Origin: Paraphysomonas bandaiensis
Taxonomy: Eukaryota; Protista; Chrysophyceae
Reading direction: 5' to 3'
Assembly: GCA_965644295.1 (NCBI GenBank)
Contig: CBFFRP010000134.1
Location: 222,294 to 286,293 of the forward strand
DNA: 64,000 nt
Translations under genes and position numbers: made by a program
The notes under the pieces: model-generated
Seen by the model: only the letters and a program-made list of their open reading frames with translations
Database searches by the model: none
What the model was told of the DNA's origin: nothing
Part shown: piece after piece, positions 25,973 through 39,372 of the stretch
Layout of the letters: every line of letters starts with the position of its first letter
Numbering within the stretch: the stretch's first letter is position 1

Positions 25973-26895
25973 TTACAACTCTCTATTACGATTTTCTAAT
26001 CTATTGAGCTGATCCTCCATTGCTTCCAATATATCATTATCGACTATAATTTGTGTGAGCATAAGGACAAGTGTATAAAATAGTACCATGTAAAGCAAAA
26101 AACTAAGCGCCTGATACAACGGTGGTGACATCGAAGTGGTATTAGACCCTGTCATAACGGGGGCACTACGTGCTCCACCACCGTGAGCACTAAAGTACAC
26201 CATACCCGGCCCTGTCACACGTAGCATAACCCCTTGTGCTCCATATAATGCATATGGCATACTCGGTAATTGTGATATACAAACCGCACATGTGTCTTCA
26301 AAGGCGACAGCACACCAAAAATTCATAGTAAGAACTTCTCCTGCTGCAAGCTGCTTGCACATTATTTCCCCACCTGATTGCAGAAACACTTGACTATGAT
26401 CTGTCACTTTGCAATACCTTAGAGAGACTAGACGTTTGTAAATATGAGGTACCGATGCATACCCCAGTAGCATATTTCCTGCTTACAGCAGTGAAAACGG
26501 TAAACCGCACACATAATCAACGAACCTGTATCTGGAAGACGACGTGTCTCAACGACTGTGTTGCTATCACAACACAAAAACGAATCCTTGAAACAATATA
26601 ACTTAGCTCTGTTATTGGTCCCATATTTTAAAGGGAATATACGACCACTGAGTGGCATTGCCAAGCCAACGTATCCCGCAGTGGAGGATTTATTGATTAA
26701 GTACAATCCTTCATTCTTCCAGAAAAGAGCGGCTAGAAACGAGTCTGTTTTCTCAATAGAAATATTATCAGAGAGCCAACAGAGTGTTGACCCCTCTACA
26801 TATAGCATATCATTAGAGGATAATACAATCTGTAAACATTGTTGATCTTCTCCACTTATTTCATACTGTAGTTCAGTGTGTGTATCGTTATCCAT
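25973..26895 (-). CDS. AIM24-family (TRAP-like) protein with C-terminal hydrophobic helix
   Basis: YEISGEDQQCLQIVL, GYVGLAMPLSGRIFPL, KDSFLC, VFLQSGGEI, LRVTGPGMVY. One short phase-1 intron (about 26479-26525) joins the two ORFs. Confidence 0.75.
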
Positions 26896-27799
26896 GAATT
26901 AAAATACTGTTTGTTTCTAATATAACAGTAAAGAGATAGAGATAGAGATAGATAATGCACAGTGTTTGATCTATCCTGATATAAATTACAGCCCTTTACC
27001 TTACAACAGTCGCTGCTTCTATATGATGATGTCTACAGCACAGAGACTTGTACTAATATATAGGATTCCATGCATACTGATACTCCTATACACTATACAG
27101 CAGTACACATACAGCAGTACACTAACTTACAACTGTAGAATACGGAATACTTATACTCTTGTATAGATGAAATACGCTGTGTATACGATTATACCTCTAT
27201 GAGGACTACAGGAGAAGTATGCAAAATAAGTTAACTACCAATCAAAATACAGTTACAGGAATAATATAATTATAATTGGATATTACAATAACACAATCGC
27301 CAGCCCGTTAGTCCCAATTACCCTGTATATCTATCATGAGTTCATGTAGATGATACTGTGATGGTGTCATAGCACTGCTGTCTCTATCTGCGCTAATCTG
27401 TGGGGTATACATGCATATAGAGACTCTATTACCTCATTTTATACAATACATATATTACTGAGACGAATACAGTGCAGAGGAATGATGACATACCTGGAAT
27501 ACATAGCGATACAAAGGATATCTTAAAGAAAGTGCGGCTCAGTGTAGTTAAATTTATCACTACCATAAGAACATTTAACGTGTATATATCAGTATTAACG
27601 CTCATTTAGGTTAGATAACACAGATGGGGCAGTATGAGGGCTACATGCGATCTATAGGGTGAGTACAATATTGTGAAAGGGTGAACGGTGTATTAATTTC
27701 AACGTCCTGGTGTTATAAGTGGTGTGCCAGTAAACCTATAAGTGGCGCATATTGTAATATAAGAATATCATTAATCAGCAGCTAACATCTAAAATACAT

Positions 27800-27884
27800 C
27801 AGGGTCTGGTAAGTTATAAAGGCCACTAATATAATATCTACCTGTAATTTGAATGGCGCTAGCAATAATGGTTACTATACCCTG
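27800..27884. mobile_element. 85-bp hAT-type MITE
   Basis: TIRs cagggtctggtaa / cagggtatagtaa (11 of 13 match); 8-bp TSD AAATACAT at 27792-27799 and 27885-27892. Confidence 0.85.
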
Positions 27885-28472
27885 AAATACATGTGTAACA
27901 TATTGATCGCTATCTATAGTATCATGACAAGTTTTTTGTGATAATAGTAATAGGTGTCTAGATTATGGTTTACTTCGTAGTATAGGTGCAGGGCGCAGAA
28001 CTTGCATTCATTATTTCAGCCACAACTTTAGGATTGCTGGTTTAGTCATTGTTAGCATCATATATTTATACTTTTATAAACAACCACCAGTGTGACACCA
28101 AAACAATTCAACACGATATACGGTACATGACAAATACATGCCAACTCAATTTTCTTCGAAAGCAAATATCATCTCGACTCGATTCTATTCACCAAAACAT
28201 TACGAAACAGGTGCATGATACATAAATACCAATAATTCTCTCCACTAATACATTTTACACTGAAAAAGCAAAACTGTCCACAAATAGCGTAGGAAATACA
28301 GAGAGTTTCCGAACGAAAAAGAAACTACAGTGTATTTATAGTGATATAACTAAAAATAATATGCCTTCCATTTTATAAAAGGGGTCTTTGTAATGCATTG
28401 GCTAATCACACACCTGCAATCTAATAATAAACATGTCAACGTGGCACCTTTCATTAAAGAATATATCGAGAC

Positions 28473-30560
28473 TCACTTTAGTTCCAGAGGTGCTGCCACA
28501 TTCCCTGTGTGAGATACAACCTTCCTCACATTTGCGTCGAAACACAGAAAATCCATCAGATGTTTTGCTGCTTTAGGGATTGTACAAAGGCTAGAATTTA
28601 GGCAGATACTCTGAAGCCAGCGATGCAGCATTTCCCGCCTCTCGTTGAACGTTTTCTCCGTTGATCCCAACACAAGAGTACTCAATCGGTCGTCTACAAA
28701 TGGAGCTATATCGAAATTGACACGTTTGATTTTACGAAGATACGGTGCCAGCTCCGACTTAAGAGAAACAAAATCGGAATATCGTTTCATGACGACGTAA
28801 TCCTCGTTCGTGCCCGGTATCTTAAGGGTGATGTAATAATGTATAGCATTGCAAGTGTTAGCTGCAGAAGGCATCCAAGGTCCTACGATCAAAATACAGA
28901 ATATAGTCAAGAGTAGAATATTATCTAGGACACCGCAAATATGCATAAAAAAAGCAAATTATTTTCAATACATTGTACTCATGTCATACCAACTCTAGGA
29001 TACAAAAGTGGAACCCAGAGGCTATGCTTTTTCGCATTATTGGTGATGACATCTTGCCGAATCTCCAACTGTAGTTCCGCCAGAGCTTTATCAAAGTTAT
29101 GATGTTTGGTGATCGCTTTGTACGCCGACCTGGGCGTAAACCCCAACTCCAAAAGTTTCACCATCTCATTATACTGACAAGAACCAACTGGTGGAGAAGG
29201 CGCATGGACAGCAGGAGTGACAGACACTGCAGAAGCTGATTTGCACCTAGAAAAGGCCCATTGGCGAGATGAGGCGATTACGCTACAAGTTTCAGAACGC
29301 TTAACAGCAGCCGGAGAAAGCTTGGTGGTGCAAGTACTAACATAACCGTCATCAAAAGGATTTGTGGACGTGTTACTGGTCTTCGAAGAAGGCAGTGAGT
29401 GAGGTAGACTAGACTCATCGTATCCATCATCAAAAGGGTTCAAGACTAATTGAGGAGTGTGAATATTTCCGCCCCGACCAGCATTTATGGTAGACCTTTC
29501 GTCCACAGGAGACTTTTCCCCATCGTCGTAATCATCATCGAACGGATTCGTCACCACTGGACGGGGTTGAACAGTACTGTCATCTAGACACTGTTCAACA
29601 TGTATATCGTGTTCCACATTTGGGTTATTGCCTACCAATAATTAAATATCAATCGTGATAGCGAAGAGGACAAAACAACTCACCTAAAATACAACTGTGT
29701 TCATCGGGCAGATCATATTCAGCGTCATTACTCTGATTTTTCGGCTGAGCATTCGTATCTAGGTGAACATATTCTATTTGACTGGCAGTGGTTTGATAAG
29801 AAGATGCTGCATCACCACCACCACAAACAGACTAAAATTAACATACAAGAACAACATATATTAATTTCAGACATATTACGTCGTTTGCAACAACCTTAGT
29901 TTGTGAAGAGTGGCTTCCACTGTTTGGGGTGGATCTTCCGTCCACAGGAGACTTTTCCCCATCGTCGTAATCATCATCGAACGGATTCGTCACCACTGGA
30001 CGGGGTTGAACAGTACTGTCATCTAGACACTGTTCAACATGTATATCGTGTTCCACATTTGGGTTATTGCCTACCAATCATTGACGCCGAGTCATTTGTG
30101 AGGGCAAACTGGACAACACAACTCACCCAATATACAACTGTGTTCATCGGGCAGATCAGGTTCAGTTTCGTTACTCTGATTATCGGATTTAACAGTAGTA
30201 CTATATTCACCCCCTATTATGGGAGGTAAAGAGTCCTTATCGTCACTGCTCATATCCTGTATATTGTATATGACATCACCATACATGACGCGTCTATATA
30301 TATACATACTGATTCATCTATACAATCCCGTGTAAATTCATCTCTATCCGGGATATCACTGGTGTTCATTGATGTCAATGATGTGTCATTTACCTCATCA
30401 GTACTCTGTATATTCTATATTATGGATTACTCGACTTAATCTATGGATATACCTGTACACTCTCTGCATATGAGTGGTGGGACAAACGAGACTCTCCGCA
30501 GCTAATATCATCACCAGTATCATTATCTACAGAGAGATAAGGATCCATAATAACTTGCAT
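28473..30560 (-). CDS. PX-domain protein with UBA-like domain and NPF motifs; multi-exon
   Basis: PX: YYITL...VMKRYSDFVSLKSEL...ERREMLHRWLQSI. UBA-like: KLLELGFTPRSAYKAI...DKALAEL. Four NPFDD motifs. Start ATG at 30560 or 30548 inferred. Confidence 0.75.
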
Positions 30561-30860
30561 GTTGATATTTATGCGTAAGCAGTACACTCAGCTGCTGTGT
30601 CTCTCTATATATATACATGTACATGTACATACTCTACCTGTGATTGTAAGCATATTTCATACACTAAGACTGCTGTACACACTCCGGTATAGAAGGACTT
30701 CAGATTACCAAAAATGGACATATCTGGCAAAAAAAAAATGTGAAGATGCACAGCCATAATACAGCTATACTTCGTATAGTTGGGGATTCGAAATAGCAGG
30801 ATTTTAGGAAAAAAAGTCTAATTTGGTCTGATTTCAGGATTTTGGAAAATAAAATTTTGA

Positions 30861-30980
30861 CGGAAATAAATTGAAGCAAATATCGTCTATATAACTGAGA
30901 TACAACTACGACTGGAATACAGATAATTGTTGTCTCAATATTAGAGACATCTTGGAACAAAAATATACAAAGGATGCCGA
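30861..30980 (+). repeat. Dispersed repeat family B
   Basis: cggaaataaattgaagcaaatatc...gaacaaaaatatacaa is shared with 35671-35808. Confidence 0.8.
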
Positions 30981-31072
30981 TACACTTAAAAGAAGAAGGT
31001 CGTCGTCCTCATCCTGCTGGGACAGACACGTCAACAATAAAGTATCTCTGCTTTAATAAGAATCGTGTCTCT

Positions 31073-32599
31073 ATGTTCCAGACATTCAAGAAATCTTCAA
31101 TTGTTTCCTTGACAGCAATAGCATTGACATCATTATCACTTACCGAACAGAAACAAAAAACGAATTTGTTTACACGATGTGAAGAAATCATTCCGATACA
31201 TCATCATCATATACAAGCTGAAATCATGAAACAAATCATGGTGGATTGTACAAAATATGAATATTTTAATTTGTATGATACACCTGCATATCGTGTTCTA
31301 TTGACATCTGGACACAAAAATGTGGTCTATTAACAAGGAATTGCTTTGTTGGCAAGAATGGGACACATGCGCGATTAATTCAAGGCCCAAAAGGTGTTGG
31401 TAAATCAACTATCCTTGAAACGTATACGAAGTTGTGCCCAAATTAATACCCGGATGTTTTACCGATTTATGTTAACTTGAATGACCTGAACGTCAAAGGC
31501 AAAGAGATTTTAGAGTATGTGCGTGCAAAGCTAATAACTGAATTTGGTCTAAAACTTAATGCACCAATCATATCTTGCGAGCATTAGAGGCATCTGGTAA
31601 GTACGTTCTTCTTATGGTGGATGACATAGAAGAATTTATCGCACTCCGAATAATTCGTCCGAGCGAAGGAATCGATTGTTTACGCTTGGTGATTTAAATT
31701 GGCTGGGAAATCAAAAAACGGGTCGGTTTGCAGTTTATTTATGTGGATCATCCTCGAGATGCCCGTTGCTCATCACTTGCCATGACTCAAGAGAAGAGTT
31801 CCCTCTCCTGTGGGACGCCCCTCATCTAAATGGGACCAAATATAACACATTGAGGCTACCCGTCTCTCCTTGCACTGATCTCACTGCAGTTTATAATATT
31901 CCGAGTGGGTATTTCGACATCGTATACTATAGTTATGATGGCATTCCGAGCATCAATAAACAAGAGTTAGTCAGGCTTTTGGCTTTCGGTATTGGTGCGG
32001 TTCCGCGGTTCCTCGATGCAGCGTGCGTCAAATTAGATAAAGGAGAATTTGAACTGTTTCATCGCCTGAGACCTGATGTGCATCTCAGTGGAGCGAGGTG
32101 GTACCACAGTACTTCAATTACTTTGTACTGAAAAATAATTGAGAGGTTGGAGCAGAAAAATTCGCGGGTAAAACTAATGCTGAGTCGCTCAGGGGTTGAC
32201 ACAAACACCAATAAAAACACTGTGGACTTGGATTTGGTCAAAACTGTAGCTTGGGAAAAAGAATTTGCATCACTTACATATGAGGACATGATGGAAATAT
32301 GGGATCGTTTGTGCGCTGAAGACGCGTCCTTCGAGAAGTATAAGGGTGATATGGAACAACTGCAGTTTTCAATATTGGAGCTGTGTGACAAGTGTCAGAT
32401 TACATATACTGATATTGAAGGTGGTATGCCAGTTGGTATTTATCCTATATGTCCTGCTCAAGTCTTCATGGATACCAAGTTCAACACGAGAACGGGATTT
32501 ATAAACTTCTCGAACACTTATGACATTCAAGTGAAGAAATGTTTTGATACCATTTCCGGCAAAGCTGTTGATGAATTTATCAGGAAACGTGTTCCGTAA
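31073..32599 (+). pseudogene. Disrupted P-loop NTPase gene
   Basis: Walker A GPKGVGKS (31384-31407), Walker B LLMVDDIEE (about 31608), LCGSS strand; in-frame stops (TAA about 31444, TGA 32129-32131) and frameshifts that introns do not explain. Confidence 0.75.
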
Positions 32600-32624
32600 A
32601 ACATAGTTTTGTTTATTTCTGATA

Positions 32625-32935
32625 CTAGTGACAGTGTATATGACAGTAAATGTGGCGGTTCATATGTCAGTGAATTGTCCGTTCATCCGACAGTGTATAT
32701 GGCAGTTCAAATGACAGTGTATATGACAGTAGTTGTGGTGGTTCATATGACAGTAAATGTGGCGGTTCATATGACGGTTCATATGACAGTAAATTGTCCG
32801 TTCATCCGACAGTGTATATGGCAGTTTATATGACAGTGTATATGACAGTAAATGTGGTGGTTCATATGACAGTGAATTGTCCGTTCATCCGACAGTGTAT
32901 ATGGCAGTAAATATGACGGTACACATGGCAGTGTA
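32625..32935. repeat. Degenerate minisatellite built on atgacagt / gttcat units
   Basis: Read directly; includes repeats of aattgtccgttcatccgacagtgtatatggcag. Confidence 0.85.
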
Positions 32936-33244
32936 TATGTCACAATATATATACACTGCTACATATATATATGCTATGCATTGTTGTATGTACTGTTCAT
33001 CTATATTAATCTGATATACCGAACTAGTTGAATCGTTCACTCCTCCTGCAATATTGGAAATGCACTTCTTATAATCTTCGATTTCCCACGTGCATTTTGC
33101 ACACGTAATAATAGTATAGTATATATCAATATTATGCATATAACTGCACATAATAGAATGTCTTATTATTTAGTACTAGGCACGCATGGAAGTGTTAAAA
33201 ACTAAACAAAAATCTAGTGTTAAATATACTAATATCCTACTATG

Positions 33245-33305
33245 TAGCGCTACGGGAACTGCTTGTACGTCGCCGCAAGCACCAAGGTTCAACTACCTCC
33301 GCTCA
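33245..33305 (-). repeat. Dispersed repeat family A, 3' terminal fragment
   Basis: Reverse complement gcggaggtagttgaaccttg...gtacaagcagttcccgtagcgcta matches 20993-21049. Confidence 0.65.
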
Positions 33306-34064
33306 TAAGGGTGTAGTCCTTAACTTTTCGTAGTCACTTCTTGCTTAAATGTTGACATGTCAAGCCACTCCCAGTGAACAATTCTCATCTGTCATTCATC
33401 CAGTTCTATACATTACAGATACATAATAATATGAATGAGGTTTTGCCATAAATCTAGAAACTGGCTCACGTACAATTATGCGAGGGGTTGCTGTCTTCCA
33501 CTCGGACTGATCACAGATGCGCACCTTTACTACCAGCAACAAATTTCTTGTCATGTGCTGATACATTCCTGTCTTTAGGGAGAGAAGATTAACACCTCCA
33601 TGCGTCCCCACACGACTCACTTAATTCTATACCATTCAACTCCCATCACTGCTTTGAGTATGGATGAACACACACTATTACATGTATACATACACACACA
33701 CGCAACAGCACTGTATCAATTGTTCAACTAACCTGATTGTAAACAACCTTTTTCTGCTGGTGGGGCTGAAATCTTTTATATGTGCATATATTTATGTATG
33801 CAGGGACCTTAACAGTGTATGACATATTGGCCCATCAATCTAATCAAATGCCAAGAATTTGTTGTATTACATATAGAGCATAAATACATACATCGATTAA
33901 GAAACTTAAACTATGAAATGGATAGCGCAATTAAAGGAAAATATTGATGGCGCAGTACGTTAGAAATTTCATTAAAATTACCGCGGAGATTTCGGAATGA
34001 GTACCCACAGTTATTATGCACATTATATTTCATAACAACACGAACTGGAGAAGATTACTACGCG

Positions 34065-35082
34065 TTACAGATGCTCCGATAAGAATGCCTGAACACGATT
34101 GATCGCTTTGGTAGCGTCTCTTCGCACAGCATCATCAGACATATCACCTAATAAAATTAAAATTACGATATGAAGTACAGAACCATAAGCCCGAAATCTA
34201 CGAAAAATAGTAAACCCACCTCTAGATGCCCAGCCATGTCGCATATCTGGATAATCTTCGGAAGCAGACGCAGCGTGGTTGCGCTTGAATACCTCCAACA
34301 GCTGAACACGTCAACAATGAGCATTTCCAGTTGTGACAAAACGACAAGGAGGATTCACACGTCACATATATTACATGTAGACACTTGATATTAACATGGT
34401 ATGTATTACCTCCCCACCGTCGCGATATTCGGCTCCGTCGTTTCCTGCCGGTAGAAGAAGAATAGGAAAGTGCACCTGTGATGCTAGGGCAACATTATCC
34501 CCTCCCATCAATCCACCCTCGATCTGTATGCTTGGATGTGGTACGACAGCAACACGAATCTTATCTGACAAGGAGGCGCACTTACATACGACCCATCCTC
34601 CCCAACAGAATCCAACCATGCCAATGTTGGCGAAACCCTTGGAATCGAGGTAGTCGAATACGGCTTTCATTTTGGGACAGATGTTATCGTCCCACTTCAA
34701 AGACCCAAGCCACCCAAATGCCTCCGGAGCTCTTGGGCCTTCGATATTAAAATCTGGAGGGAGACCATCACCATGTGTTCCACCTTCAAAGCTAGGTGTT
34801 AATAGTTTGGGCACGACAACTAAGGGATAAGATTCGGCCAAAAAATCGGCTATTCTTCTTGTTCTTCCACCATCCCATCCCCTAATAAATAATTACAATA
34901 TCCGTTATATTTTATAATGAAATATATTACCAGATATCAGGAATAAGTATAATTGCTTTACTGTTTGATGATTCATTACCGACGGTGTATATTTCAGTTC
35001 CATTGGCGATAGTTTCTTCCTTTCCTTTGCAAACATAATCATCTGCATAAAATGGAGTACTATCTGAAGGACAACACGACAT
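34065..35082 (-). CDS. Dienelactone hydrolase family protein; 4 exons
   Basis: MSCCP start, IPDIWGW, nucleophile motif GMVGFCWGG, AGND, YPDMRHGWASRG. Confidence 0.92.
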
Positions 35083-35670
35083 TGATTATTTTCTTACTGG
35101 TGGTTTTGAGTGTATGTAATCGCTGGTTATGATGTGATGATGTAAAGATTTATGTATGTATGTAGTATCATGCATATGTAGAGCTAACATATGAGAGATA
35201 TACGTACAATAGATCGAATATCATACTCTGCTGGTACTGCTGTATATTCTAGACTTTTTTTACCGCTTGGAACGTACAGCTATTGTATCATACAGTGTAG
35301 TATATAAAGGATACAGCAGTATACAGTAAAATAGGAAAAAAAGGGAAGGTAGCTTTTACGTATTGTTATGTATTCTGAACGTATTACACAGTTACTTCAA
35401 CCAATCAGAGTGACCTTCTTATACACTGATTTTGTCATTCAGCCAGTTGACAGTATCTCCATACCTTAAGGTGCTTTCAGTAGAAAGATAGATCGAAAGA
35501 AATAGAAACACTCTTCATTAAACTAACACACTAAATAATACTAGTAAACACTTTAGAAAATACATACATTTACAATACTTCCAACATACAAAAAAAGATA
35601 TAGAGATGTTGTATTCAGGATATACAATAGAATACATAGGGAGAATACTGTGTATACGTGTATACTCCAT

Positions 35671-35808
35671 AAGTATGGGCAGTCAGCATCTTATTTTTCG
35701 GAAATAAATTGAAGCAAATATCCTCTATATTACTGAACTACAACTACGGCTAGAATACAGATAATTATTGTCTCAATATTAGAGGCATCTTTGAACAAAA
35801 ATATACAA
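35671..35808 (+). repeat. Dispersed repeat family B
   Basis: Matches the 24141 and 30861 copies. Confidence 0.8.
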
Positions 35809-36060
35809 TAGTGGAGATATCGAATCAAGTTGGTTTCAAGTGATACGGTAAGAGTCCCTATGAATTCATATCCATTTAAACTAGCATCACATCAATCAAC
35901 TCTATTCATTAATTGAATAATAATTCTTTTTAATAAAGAAAATATTCATTGCAATTTTAAAAATTCCATATTTGATTTGTTTGTATCATTCATTCAAATA
36001 TTATCTTATTATTAAGTTCTTATAACTAGCTTTGCAGAGCCTTAATCCACTATTATTATT

Positions 36061-37236
36061 ATGAGAACTGTGGCATGGAATCATGAATTAAATCCTTTAC
36101 CACAACGTGCACAATATTTATTACAAAATATTCAGGTATTCTATGATCACTTGCTGTAGTGTATTATAATTTATTATTAATACAGAATGATAATTTTACT
36201 GGTCATCCAATCAAAGATATAGTCGAAGTGATATTCGAGTGCTATGATATACTTTCAATAGTATTAAATCAATATCAGCCAACGGGTGATGACACACAAG
36301 ATCAGTGTGTGGTTGCTCTAAGCAGTTTATTTACTCACTGGCCACCTGATAAAATTGAAAGCGTCCGAGGTGCTATGAAAGGAATGACATTGGGCAATGA
36401 CCGACACACTCGAAACACTGATAGTGACAGAACCCCAAGTGAGGGAAGTCATACGCCTAAAATGAAATTGTCATTTGCATCTCGATTAGATCCAGGAAAA
36501 TCTTTGTCTAGCGCGCAATGTGGTGTGAATAGTGCTGACACTGAGAAATCTGATTACCCAGATACTCATGTCACCAATTGCGACAAAACCATTCGTAAAC
36601 GCGAGAGTACTCCTCCGATACCCTCCCCTTCCCCGACTCCTATACCAGCCACTAAGTCTGTCGATACCACTACTTCTGTGCCCTCTACCCACACCAAGCA
36701 ATCAATATCGTCATGTAGCGGTGATTCACTGGAATCGGTAGGCAAAAGGGATACTCAAGCGACTGTTTCTACCGCATCTATACCAGAAGAGCAAGTAGAA
36801 GCACAGAACCACCAGTCAACCGCATCTGTTCAATCATCATATCAACCGGCTCAATTATCCTCCAAGAATCAGGAGTACTTTAGAAAGAAGAGAGAAGTAA
36901 GTAGCTTTTGTCATTGTGAATTGGTGCAAATGCTATGTGGGGATATAGAATATGCGACAACGTTTCTTCCTCTTTTAACATGTCATGTTGTGCTCGCGAT
37001 AACAAAATGTTATGTAGGAGGAGGAGATGCAGAAGAAGGCAAAGTCTGAAGAAGAATCTAAATTAACCCCCGACGAGTTGCGTAAATTAGAAGAGGAAAA
37101 GAGAGAAGCTGAGCGGCATGATGCTAATAAAACTGCTCATTTATCCAAGTTGGGCTCAAACTTTATAATACGCAAAGATGGGCGGGTGAAAACCGATGGT
37201 GGGGGTCGAGGCAACAGGCGAGGTGGGAGAGGGTAA
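36061..37236 (+). CDS. Hypothetical protein (S/T/P-rich middle, charged coil, RGG tail); 3 exons
   Basis: ORFs 36159-37049 and 37027-37236 joined by GT-AG introns; start codon uncertain. Confidence 0.65.
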
Positions 37237-37689
37237 CCGTATCAGTAGTGGTGGCGATTTCCTGTACACGACAAGTCAGTAATATGTCTATGCATAGGCA
37301 CGTATCTTCAATTCATGTGAGCTTTTTTGTAACTCCTACGTGATGTCATCCTGAGTGTATCATTTCTTCCGTTTTACAGTATCGTGTTGTTTATATTGTC
37401 GAAATTACTCTTCAAGCAGTATGTTTGTTCAACTTGCTATAGTAGCAATAAGCAATATCAACACAAAGAACTAGAAGTTTACTGATAAATGGTAGTAACT
37501 AATAAAAAGAAAAGCACTTATGAATCTCGAAGCCGTTACTTGTGCGTTGAAGCCTTGCTCGCTGGGTGAGTAATAAGTAATATCTTACTGCGTATACGTC
37601 AACGCGTATTGCTATGGTGAATATCTTCTTAATAGCAATACGCGTTTAAGAGTCGGAACCAATTTAGCATTGCAATTTAACCATCTAGT

Positions 37690-38064
37690 GCTTAACGCTA
37701 CGAAAGCTGCTTGTGCGTCACCGCAAGCTTCAAGGTGCAACCACTTTCGCTCTATCACTCAACGCAAAAGCAGTGAGCAAGCAGATTGTTGATATACCTA
37801 ACATCTAATGACTTCAGGTGTATGAATCCTTAAGGTGAACAGCCCGGATGCTCTACTTTACCAAAACGCCCAATGCCGGATGCCTGTTTACTCGTCAGGG
37901 TCCAAAGACGTCTTTACAAGTGTCACTTACTAGTGTCCCTTGTACAGAAGTAGAAGCACTTGGCTAAAAATTATCTGCCGACAATATAGTTTTCCGGAGA
38001 AATCTCTCCAGTACTTATCTCCCACAACACTATGAAAAGGTAAGGATACGACTTTGTTGAAGGG
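37690..38064 (-). repeat. Dispersed repeat family A, longest copy
   Basis: Reverse complement spans ttcaacaaagtcg...cctgaagtca...cgtagcgttaag. Confidence 0.8.
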
Positions 38065-39372
38065 TAATGTAGATATAAGGCTTGCGTAAGAGATATCCAA
38101 TTATTGGTAATTATTGCTATTAAAATGCCTCTAATTATATTCCAATTTGGAATTGAACTCTGAACTACTATCTCATCCCGAAGGTGCTATACAATTAAAC
38201 CAGTACATTATCTATCTATCAACAGTAATAATATTTATTAGTTATTAGTTTTCAAAACCAATTAGTTATTACACAAGCCTGCCAGATGTGTAACAATTTT
38301 CCATAGTAATCACGCTATCACATACTACAACTCAAATTACCTTCAATCAGAGTACCATTCAGTGAAGATCTCGAGGCACAGAAACCGATATACTTCTCAA
38401 AATCTCTCTTTCAATTTACGCGTGTTATGAACTTCTTATGTTTGGTAGGGCTAGCTCATGTCTGAACAGTTTTCTGGTTTCAATATTGCCGAAAAGATAT
38501 ATGGAAATATTCACGATAACAGTATGCGTCATGTAGGCATTTATTTTTGGACTAAAAGGCCAAGTACGTGATTCAACCTACTGGACAACATCAAAGTTAA
38601 TAGCTTATCTCGATATCCTATTAACTCAGGAACAGATACTGACTATATCACAAGAAGACGCATGATACTCACTGCGTTCAAACAAAAGCAATGCTTTAAA
38701 ACAGAGAACATACACCCTACACTATCATATCTATTGTCGACCTAGATTCTAATGCAAATACCTATCATGAGTGGTAATTGCTAGGCCAATGTCCAGTATA
38801 TCCATTCGATGATCTAGATACTATAGATTGCAATGTATCCTGCAATGCAGTGGTTGTATACGGTATACACAGGTACGAGTATATACTAATACGGGCCAGG
38901 AACTTTCCTGGAAAAAGATTGATGCAACCGTCAATTATAATGACGTATAGAAAGTGTACGTATACCGTATACTTGTATATTATACTACAGTACACCACTA
39001 ATAAACTAGTACACTTCGCCAAAATGAAGTGTGTATTCCCATATACATACGCATACATATACACATACATACACATACATACACATACATTCGTATACAT
39101 ACACATCCATAGACTGCTACATATACATGTACATACCATATGCATGTATATGTGACTGGTAAAGGCAGAACCATCAAGAATTACACCATTCTATCAGTAT
39201 CAACATATTAAGGGGTAGAGAAATCATTCATTTACCTGCAGTAGATATCACACTGCATTCTAATTCACTACTCATTGATGTTATTGAACATAACATCTCA
39301 TATATATAGTCCTATCCACTGTACCTCTAGTTCTAGTTCTATCTCATTATAACTATAAATAAATCCATACAA

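Noticed and set aside
26428-26525. Apparent frameshift between the two AIM24 ORFs
   Set aside because: Resolved by a short phase-1 GT-AG intron.
31330-32131. Stop-codon reassignment or readthrough in the NTPase
   Set aside because: Frameshifts accompany the stops, and neighbouring genes end normally in TAA, TAG and TGA; a pseudogene is the simpler reading.
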